DNA from: Podarcis vaucheri
Lineage: Eukaryota
DNA length: 64,000 nucleotides
Assembly: GCA_965113315.1 (NCBI GenBank)
Contig: OZ220366.1
Strand: one strand, 5' to 3'
Shown: in pieces, positions 52,700-64,000 of the stretch
Layout of the letters: every line of letters begins with the position of its first letter
Position numbering within the stretch: position 1 is the first letter of the stretch
Made by a program: the position numbers and the translations under genes
The notes under the pieces: model-generated
Seen by the model: the letters and a program-made list of their open reading frames with translations, nothing else
Told to the model about the DNA's origin: nothing
The model's database searches: none

Positions 52700-54830
52700 C
52701 CTAATTCAGACCAAGTGTCCATCTAGAATTGAATGCTTCTGGTATGCTTTGCATGGCTGCAAGCACACAGGAAGGCATTAACCTTCTTCAACTGTTTCCT
52801 TCCACCCCCCGACAGGTTGTTTCAGGAACACAATCTCTGAAACTGGAGGTTTCTTTTGGCTGTCATGTCTAACCCACTGATAAACATGTTCTTTGTGGAT
52901 CTGTTCAGTCTCATTTTAAAGCTTTCTCGGCACATGGCAATTGCTTCATACTGCTGCAGCCGTAAAAATTGCTGATCAGTTTTGTTGGTGTCCCAGAATT
53001 TTAGTTGTATTAGAAAGGGAGAAGAATTTCCATCTTGTTCTACATCATGCCCTTCCTCAATTGTCTTTTTTCTAAGTTAAATTACTCCAAACACTTTTCT
53101 TTATCCTTCTACCCTCTAATAATTTTGTTGACCTTTTCTGCACCAAATCCAGCTCAATGATTATCTCTTTGTGATGGGATTGTCCAAATTACATAGTATT
53201 TCAGGTGAGGCCAGACTGTATATTTCCACAAGGGCATTATTTTAGTTTTCTTTTTACTTTAGTCTCTTCCCTAATAACTCCCAGCAGTGAGTTTGCCTTT
53301 TATACTGTTGCTTCTCACTGAGATGACATTTTCCTTGAGCTGTCTGCGGTGTCTGTAAGACCTCTTTCCTAGGTATTCACTACCATTTCAGGCCCCCATC
53401 ATTGCATATGTGATTTTAGGATGTTTTGTTCCCAAGTGCACCACTTCCTTACACCCAACTTAATTTGCTATTTAGAAAAGTTATTTTGGTTTGCTCTTCA
53501 CTGTCTTCTTGAGCTTCTGCTATTCTGAATACAGGTGATGACCATTTCACACGGGACTTCTGTTCCCTCCTTCCCCACATGTTGGTGGAGCCCCACCCCC
53601 ATCTGAGTCAATAAGGACCTGTGTGCTGGCAGTCACACATTAATTGGATGCACTTAAAATGGTCACCACCTGTAATTTGAAGTCATCAAAAGTTTAGCTA
53701 ATTTCTTACCCCAATTTCATGTCATTTTTGAATAAATTAAATAGAACCTATCCCTACTGCTTACCTTCCTATTGTAAAAAATTATGTTTACTTCTATGTT
53801 CTGCTCCTGTTTTTTAACTGTCACTAATTGCTAAGATTGTGCAGGAGATGTTGGTTGTGAACTTTGTCAAAAACTTTTTTGAAATCTGTATGTAGAATGT
53901 CAGCCACATCCACACATTAGTTCTCTTAAATAATGTGAAATGTTTGGTGATGCACAACTTCCCTTCACAGAAAAAATAATGATTCTTCTTCAATGTGGCT
54001 AGTTCTTCTGTATTCATTATATATTTTGGAAAGTGGGTCTGTTTGCTGTGCATTTTGACTCCTCTTAAGATACCACAACCATCTTTTGCATGATGGTTCA
54101 TGAGATGAAGGACCAGGTTCTTAATTGTGTTTGGATACAATTAAACACCATTTTGAATCAATATATTGGACTGAACCTTTCAAAACTGCACTGATATATT
54201 TGGCTTATTAGAATTCCTGAGCAGCACCAGGTATGAGACTATAATGTCTAATATTCCCAACTAATACAGGCTAAGTGGCCTGCAACTTCCTGGCTCCCCT
54301 CCAATACCCCTCCCTTAAAAACAACAACAACACGGTTGTTACACTAATGGGTAGTCAAACTTCCAGTACAGAAGCCAATTCTAGTGACAAATTGCAGATT
54401 TGTGTAAGGAAATCAATATACCATCTGGATCTGCTAGCTTGTTAATGTTCAGTTCATTTTCTCTGGAACTTCACCTTTCATCACTTTGATTTGTCTTCTA
54501 CAGTGCTAAAAAACCCAAAAACACATCACTTCAAGCATGGATATCTTCTGACCAGTATTTTTTGCTGTTAAAAATAATACACAATGAATGCATTGAACTC
54601 TTCAGTCTCCCCATCTTCTTTCAATAATCGTTTCAATCTTCGTATTATCTAGTTGTCCAACATCCACTAGACCATCAATCACAGTTCTGTCAGCATTGTT
54701 GCCTTTTGTTTTTAAAGGAGTTGCACTCCTCTTATATTCCAGTCCTATGTGGATGCTGCAAATATGATTACAACTGAAAAGCTTGTAGGATGATTCTTCA
54801 GGAGTCATTTGGTTTTAAGGTGTCTTAGTG
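52700..54830 (-). mobile_element. Highly decayed CR1 LINE, boundaries approximate
   Basis: Scattered reverse-strand remnants of CR1 ORF2 (e.g. TAATACAGGCTAAGTGGCCTGCAACTTCCTGG; ACATAGTATTTCAGGTGAGGCC). Confidence 0.55.
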
Positions 54831-55710
54831 AGCTAGACTATGAAAATTTCTCCCTTTTTCATTTCTTGTTGGAAAACTGTGTTATCACTCACAAGATATA
54901 TGTTAAAACCATTTCACAACTTGTTTTACAGACTTTAGGCTCCATCTGCTGGCCAGAGAAAATTGTAACACATAGATCAGGTTCACAGCTACTGCTAGCA
55001 ATTATATTTATTTTGCTGTTATAGGGGATTTAAAAACTTGGGAAGATTCACTTAAAATAACAAAATCTCTCAACCCAATATCCCTTGTTTCTGCCACAAC
55101 CATTTGCCTCTAATTTTACTCAATCAAATTAAGTTTTCACTTTCCCGCCAGAAGGTTTTCACTTTCCTGTTTGCCTGTGTTCTGTGTCCAAAACTTTATT
55201 TCCACTTCTTTTATCCTAAGTAGCTTTAACACTTGTGAATATCCCATAGCATCACAACAGCTCAATAAGTGGCTGGGATACAGAAAAGGGTGAACAGCAA
55301 CCAGTTTTTTTTTCATTTATCTATCTGTCTTTCTGCCTATCTCACGTCAGTTTATATCGGCATCTATAAATATAGAACTATTAAAATGTGAGCTGGGGAA
55401 AAATGAACCTGTGAAATTCCAAAGCATTTTGAATTCAGTATATTGAAAAATCTTGAATTTATGCAAGGTATGTGGACAGGTGAATATGTCTGATATATTT
55501 GGGACGAGTGATAACATGAGCAATAGCCAGAGCAGATGACAACTGCTATTTTGTATTCTGTTTGTGATGGGTATCCATGTACATCTTTTTGGAATGGCTC
55601 AACACTCCTTCAGATACCTGGTCAATCCATTTTCACAAACCTTCAAAGGAAAAAACTAACCCACAAACATACTTTGAATTTTTCAAAATACCAGAATACA
55701 GAAATATATG

Positions 55711-56038
55711 CAGTGGTGCCTCGCAAGACGAAAATAATCCATTCCGCGAGTCTCTTCTTCTAGCGGTTTTTTCGTCTTGCGAAGCAACCCTATTAGCGGC
55801 TTAATGCTATTAGCGGCTTAGCGGCTATTAAAGGCTTAGCGGCTTAGCAGCTAAAAGGCTATTAGCGGCTTAGCGGCTTAGAAAAAGGGGGGGAGCGAAA
55901 AAAAATCGCAAGACGTTTTTGTCTTGCGAAGCAAGCCCATAGGGAAATTCGTCTTGTGAAGCGCATCAAAAAACGGAAAACCCTTTCGTCTAGCGGGTTT
56001 TTCGTCTTGCGAGGCATTCGTCTTGCGGGGCACCACTG
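55711..56038. mobile_element. Tigger-type MITE, family A (TTAGCGG subfamily)
   Basis: TIRs; tandem TTAGCGGC array at ~55792-55880; left flank TG, right flank TA. Confidence 0.92.
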
Positions 56039-56591
56039 TATGCTCTGTAATATGACTTCACAAAGTCTCTTTAAATTTCAAGTAAAATAGTTAAATTCAG
56101 TTGTTAAACTCAGACTAGAAAATCCAGTGAAAAGTCAGTAAGAGGACCCAAGCAATATTTTTACCTTTTTTGGGTAAGGTAATAGTGTAGTGGGTAGTTA
56201 CTAACATCCAAGCCAGGTCCTCAGTGAAGTTAGATAGGCATAACTAAAATAGAAGCTTGGGAAGTGATACAATGTAGTTCTTGATAACCTGAGTAGCCAA
56301 TCATCATTAGAGAGGAAAAAACAGGATCGACTTCATGTTGAAGTCTGTCTAGTAAAGAAAGAGTTATATGTTTGCTGCAAGATCCAAAATGTGATGTGCT
56401 TAATTGGTTAAGAAGTATATTGGAGAATTATTTTTTTTATAATAATAATACTTGTGGTATTGTTTCAACGCAACATTTCTGAACATTAAATGTTTGAATG
56501 CACCCCACCCCCACCCTATCATCACCACATTGCACAAAGAAAAACCGCAGGGACAAAAATGTCAGGAAAATCGAACCTTATTCTCTTAGTG

Positions 56592-57391
56592 CAGAGGTCT
56601 ACAACCTTTTGGAGCCCATGGCTCCCTTGACCAACCACATTTTTTCTGTGGCACCCCTGTGGGGCTCAGGAGCCCAGTTATGCCACTGCTAGCTTGCAGA
56701 GCTGGCAGCTTCTCACACTTTTTTGAACACCCTCCCTTGTGGAGGGTTCCCTCAGCCTCCTCTCCTCTCTCCTTGGGACTGGGCAGTCACTGCTGTCGCC
56801 CCTAGGCTCTGAGCTGTGCCCCCTGCCCAAAGAGAGGTGCTTTGTCATACCGCCCTACAGGGACCTCAGAAGAGGATGCCCCCAGCCTTAGTGGCCCAAT
56901 GGAGACTGGCCAAAGGTAAACGTGAGGCCAGTACCTTACCTTGGGAGGTAGCAGTGGCAGCACTGGGCGTTGCCGGGCCAGCATGGCGAAAAGGCTTCTC
57001 GGCTCCTAGGCAGGCCTCACACACAGCAAGCATAGGGAAGGCCAGTGCAGTGCCTGCCTGCCTGCCTGCCCGGCCTCCCACTTGTCTGTCCATTACCAAC
57101 AGCAAGGGCTGGCATACTGGCTGGGCTCCACCACCTACTTGCTTGCTTACTCTGAGGCAGCTCCTGGCAACCAGCACCCCCTAGCCAGCCCCAGAGGCAG
57201 CATTTGCCTAAGGAGCTGTAGTCAGGGCTCCTGCAACAAACAGCTGTGCAAGCCTTTGGGAGGCAGAGACGTGAGAAGGCATCAGAAAAGGGAGGACAGA
57301 AAGAGGGACAGGGGCCAGTGTTGCCTGTGGCACCCCTGGCCATCATTCAAGGCACCGCAGGGGGCCATGGCACACTGGTTGAAAACCACTA
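56592..57391. mobile_element. hAT-Charlie-type non-autonomous element, GC-rich interior
   Basis: Degenerate TIRs CAGAGGTCTACAACC / GGTTGAAAACCACTA; 8-bp TSD tcttagtg/tcttgatg; sharp GC rise relative to flanks. Confidence 0.65.
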
Positions 57392-58066
57392 TCTTGATGT
57401 CTTAATGTCAGATTTTTAAGGTGTTTGTTTAAATTGTTGGGTGGTCGGAGTATTCAGAATGCTTTCTCCCATCTGAAGTGGTTCAACCCAGGAAATGGTT
57501 TACCTTTGGATCTCCTGAATGGAAAAACTTCCTAATATTTTCAGGACATCTTAGTTGTGTGTGCTACACAGCCTTTAATAAAGAACGAACCCTGTCTTCT
57601 AATTTAAGTAACATGTGAAAAACAAAGCATACTGACCAAGGTTTAGCCTTTTCCAAACCTTTGCATGCCCCTCTCTCCTTTTTGAAACAGTTTCAACATG
57701 ACAATTTCAAAAACCACAATTTGAAGTTGGATTGATAGTGTTGCCCACAGTTTACAAAACCAGACAACACAACAAACCACAGTTCTCAGAAAGTAAAAGC
57801 CAAAGCTCCCGAACTCCTCCTCCCAGTCATGCGGCTGATGGGAGAATGTCAAACCAAAGGACTGCTGTGGCTATACCTTGTACTGAAACGTGGTTTAGTA
57901 GTGTGATGTGTGATTGCAGCCACTATTAATATAGCCTTTAAAACCCCTTCAAATCCTATTGGGAGTGATCCAGCTATCTAATTGTGGTGATTTCATCTTT
58001 GAAGGAAATGTGATACTAGTATTTACACTGTAATAGTGTACAGATGTTGATTTTTTAAAAAAGCTA

Positions 58067-58277
58067 CAGTTGTACCTCGGGTTACGAACTTAATTCTTTC
58101 CGGAGGTCTGTTCTTAACCCGAAACTGTTCTTAACCTGAGGTGAGCTTTCGCTATTGGGGCCTCCTTTCACTGCGCGATTTCCGTTCTCATCCTGGGGCA
58201 AAGTTCTTAACCCGAGATACTACTTCCAGGTTAGCTGAGTTTGTAACCCAAAGCATTTGTAACCCGAGGTACCACTG
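58067..58277. mobile_element. Tigger-type MITE, family B, ~80-110 bp upstream of the coding exon 3 acceptors
   Basis: TA-CAGTTGTACCTCGGGTTAC...GTAACCCGAGGTACCACTG-TA. Confidence 0.9.
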
Positions 58278-58300
58278 TACTCTTCTTTTGAGGAGGATAG

Positions 58301-58540
<240 letters not shown>

Positions 58541-58871
58541 TAAGTAGCATCTTAACAGGTTTGTGTTTTCTGTACATGATGCATTTCCTGATACTAAGAT
58601 GCTAATTGAGTTGTATAGTCTTACTCTAATAAGGTGGTGGGTTCCTGTTGGCATTAAAGATTACCAGCAAAAGGTAATCTTTTCTTTCCAGTAGTCATTT
58701 TAGTGGCCTTGTTTTGCTTTCAGAGTGATTGGCATGGGGCCACTAGAAGGCATAAGTTGTACTTCATTAATACAATTTCCCTGAATTGAGGTTTTTTTTT
58801 GGAAAATACAGTAGTGTTTTAAAACAACAAAACATTGTCTGGTGATTGGTTCCTGTAATTATGTTTTGTAA

Positions 58872-59108
<237 letters not shown>

Positions 59109-59510
59109 TAGCCACTGTGTGTACAAGCTGCTTCACCATTTATATATAATCCAGGCTACCAATAGGAAAAATATGGGTGGGATTCAGCACTGCACTTTGA
59201 TGAATGCTCTGTCTGCACAAGCATTTATGCTTCCCAGATGGAATGATCCCATCTCTCCTTTCCCTGCATGACGGGGGAAAGCTCTGTTGTGCAAGCAGAA
59301 GTCCTTGCACACGGCTTACACCGATGGGGGTCATTAGGTGAATCCTACCCATGATTAGTTTTATCAGGTTGACTCAGCATTTGATAGGCCCTGACCAAAG
59401 TAAAGCTATGAGGGATCATTGGTTCTTTGTTCAAACTGCATCTTTGAGAGATTCTATTGCTTTGAAGAAATATTTTATATAGATAATGATTTTTTTGTTA
59501 GACATCTTAA

Positions 59511-59696
<186 letters not shown>

Positions 59697-61193
59697 TGAG
59701 AACTTTATATCTGCATCTTTATCACAGTGATGAAGCATTGCATTTTCTTTTTCTTTTTTAAGTAGTTCAGTCAAATTTTTCAACAGGAAGAAATCAGTTC
59801 ATCTTTGCCAATATGCACTTTGTACCTAATGTTTGGGAAACAAACTATATGAAGATCTCTTACTTAATCTTTCTTGTAATTTCTTGGTCTCTTGCTTCCT
59901 TCCCTCTTTATCATTGTCCAGATGTGTGGTTTCCTCACTTGGAAGGCCAATCTATAACATCCTTCCCTGTTGTACCCTCCAGATGTTTTGGACTACTGAC
60001 TGACACCTATCCCCATCAACACAGTCCAAAACATGTGGAGGGCATTAGGATGGGGATGGTTGGTCTATAAGTTCTGAATAGTTCTAATTACCTATAGTAA
60101 GAGAAATCCATTCAAAGATGCACATTTCAGATGACTGCAGTTGTCTTGTTCAGAGCATCACCTCAATTAATTGCAAACAGATTGCAAAAGGTATCCAAAG
60201 TTGTTGCCAAATAGTTCCTCATTATTCTCCAAGTGTGGAACTTTTGATAGCTATATAATCTGTTGCTATTTAAACAACTGTCCATATGTGTTGATTGCTC
60301 ATTTTAGGTTGCTCTAATAGTAATTATATTTTGGCAGCAGCTTGATATTAGTAGCCAAAGCTTGACTTTGCCCAAATTCAGACACATTTACATTGCTACT
60401 TTGTTAACTCAGCTGGCTGGCAGTTAAAACTCTTCACTAGTCAAATCCAAAAGGGACAATGTTGCTTGTGTATCTGGAAACAATTTCAAATCACCTTTTG
60501 CATAGAGCTTTCTCAGCAACTTACGTCCTAAATGACCACCTCAGTTCTGTAGACCAATTGCTAATGGTGGCTCAGTAAACACAATATTTATGAATGAGCT
60601 GTTGGGTCAAGCCACCTCCTTGGATTGGGTTTTGTTTTGTTTTTTGCAAAAAATTTCGTTTTATTTTTTAGGGTAGAACTAATGGTCTGGGGAACTTCTA
60701 GTCGGTTTATTCTTTTTTAAAACAACAACAACAACAAACCACCCTCTTTCCATTTGTTGAACATGTCAGTTACTGATCCCACCCTCCCCAAATAATCACC
60801 TCCTGTCTTTACTTACAACAAATCTTATCTGCTTATACCTCCTTGTGAAAAGTGGGTTTCTAACACTTTCCTTAGATCACATTGATGCAGGTAGTTTTAA
60901 TTTATCAGCAAGTGTGAAGCATGATCCTTTGGGCAAATTGGTAAATCTCCATAATAGGGAAACGTAAAACAGGTTGGGGCAGACGTTTGTGGACACTTTA
61001 GGAAATTTTGTGCTCTGTTGACTTGTCATCAATACTGTTATCATCTGGATCATTGAATAATATGTATCTATCTCGACATACATGATGTAGGATGCTCAAA
61101 TAAAGCTTTAAAGCATGAAAATTTATGGAAATAGACAATTAGCAACTGACAATTTTGTATTTATGATTTTCACTTATGAGAATACATTTGTAA

Positions 61194-61529
<336 letters not shown>

Positions 61530-62153
61530 TGATGCAGGGCAGCTTGAAAAGCAGTATAAATTTCAGGATATTTCAATAAATCTGTTTTGTTTATAAAAAT
61601 CTGTAAAAACAAAACAGATTTTAGATCCATAATCTGTATGTGGAAAGGATTTAAATAAGTTCTTCAGCAGATAAAAAAGGAGTGTCAGAGCTTCTGCATC
61701 CCCCCCCCCAAAGCAAATCCTAAGAATTTAAAATGATTCACTGCTTTTATCATGACCAGTATGTAAATTGCTTTTCTAAAAAGATTAGTTGATGTGTTAA
61801 CATGGCATTCAATAAATCTTGAATGTGTGGTACACATGTCACAGTACTTCCATTTTTTTCAGGGAAGAAAGGGAAGCTGCAGCAGTTTAATATATGAAGC
61901 ATTTGATTTTTGAAAAGTTGATCAGAACTACCTTTTCTAAAGTTGTAATTTTAACATAAAATAGGATTTTCAGTTTTTGAGTGTAATAGCAAAATGATCT
62001 TACAATGTTTACTAAAACAAAATATTTTGTAATGTTTCCTCTTAATACCTATCACATTGGTCACCTTGAGATTTCTCTGTAGTTTTTAAATAACTGCCAA
62101 GCTTTCTTGCAAATAGTTTTTATTGTTTCCCCCGTATCTTGTACTTCAGATAA

Positions 62154-62447
<294 letters not shown>

Positions 62448-62522
62448 TAATGTTATCTGAAACAGACAGTATAAATGATTGTGTGAACTAATCCTTATTG
62501 GGTGTCTTGAAATGCAGTCTAG

Positions 62523-62786
<264 letters not shown>

Positions 62787-63838
62787 TAATTTGAACCTCA
62801 GTTTGTTTATAGCTCCCATTGATTTAAAGATAACTATTTCTAAGGAAGAGACAATGGAAATTTGTCTTACCATATATTTCTGTTCATGGACCAAGATGGT
62901 GGACATTCCTCTGATGGGGTGATGCCTTCTTCTGGAGACGGCAGGCAGGTCCTAAACAGCCTTCTACCTCCTCCCCAGGGGTAGCGGTCATTGCACCCAC
63001 CAGACCAACTGGTTAAGATTGTGAGGGAAATGCCAAAGGAAAAAAAATGGAGGACATCTCACAACACTCAGGACATGCTATAGGGCCACACACTCAAATT
63101 TGAGGCTCAACTTTATAGAAAAAAAATGCCAGGACAAGAAATCTGGAGAGAGCAAGTCTGACCCAGCTACCACCAACTATAAGCAGGGTCATTGTGGTGA
63201 GTGGGATGTCTGCTGGAGAAGAAGCAGACGACTATTCAGGACCGTGCTTGTAAACACCAGTGGGAAACTATCCCTATGAGAAGAATGTCCTCCATCCTGA
63301 TCCAGCAAATTTGGTTTTTGATATTGGTCTGCTACCAATTCTCAGCCATAGTTTCTTTCAGTTATCTTTGTTCAACAAACCACAAGTCATCTCATTAGTA
63401 AGGAAACAAGTCAGCAGCTTAGTGTGCTTTCCAGCTGGTTTTGCCTCATGCCTTTGGAGCCTGCCAAACATCTGGGGTGAGGTGGCTAAACAACCAGTGG
63501 TTAAGCAATATGGTAGGGTTCAGAAGTAACACACAATCATAGTTAAAACAAACAATTGTTTGTAAGCTAATAACAAACCATGACTTTACATTGTGGCTGG
63601 TGGCCAGAAGACAAACCAGGGTTGGGTTCAGAAGTTCAAACAAATCACACCAGCTAAACAAACCATGGTATAGCATTCTGTGTAAATCACACTATTATAT
63701 CATAAAATATGTGGTGCTTATATTCATTTTACAAAGAGACTTTTAAGTTCAATGAAAGTAAAATTAAAATACTTAATATTAGAATATTATCAACAATATT
63801 TTGAGAACTGATAGCTTGAGGAATTTCTAATTTCTTAA

Positions 63839-64000
<162 letters not shown>

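Noticed and set aside
56802-57405. Cluster of 100-120-aa ORFs in a GC-rich patch
   Set aside because: Lies within a hAT-type non-autonomous element; GC richness explains the open frames.

Overview
Eukaryotic (vertebrate) genomic DNA, AT-rich and CpG-depleted, almost certainly from a squamate and probably a lacertid lizard (Sauria SINE, Squam-type SINEs, squamate CR1/L2/Penelope repeats). The window holds most of the DYRK1A gene on the + strand: the ATG-bearing exon (3599-3680), a ~46.8 kb intron, then eight further coding exons from 50461 to the window end. These cover the N-terminus, NLS, DH box and kinase domain; the gene continues beyond 64000. The introns are packed with transposons. They include a full-length Tigger/pogo element with an uninterrupted 567-aa DD36D transposase (5036-8078), seven MITEs derived from it, seven copies of a second Tigger-type MITE family, hAT and Tc2/Tc1-type elements, CR1 and L2 LINE fragments, SINEs and two Penelope-like insertions. 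The most interesting observations are: (1) a spliced 55-codon overlapping uORF plus a Met-Val-stop uORF that make the DYRK1A 5' coding region potentially dual-coding; (2) minimal hammerhead-ribozyme motifs in the Penelope insertions, one inside a ~90-bp hairpin; (3) the near-intact Tigger with a predicted spliced 5' UTR and its MITE progeny; (4) an intronic CCAAT/octamer/RFX cluster with a splice donor that may be an alternative promoter or enhancer. Comparisons to human DYRK1A and to repeat families are from recall, not from database searches.
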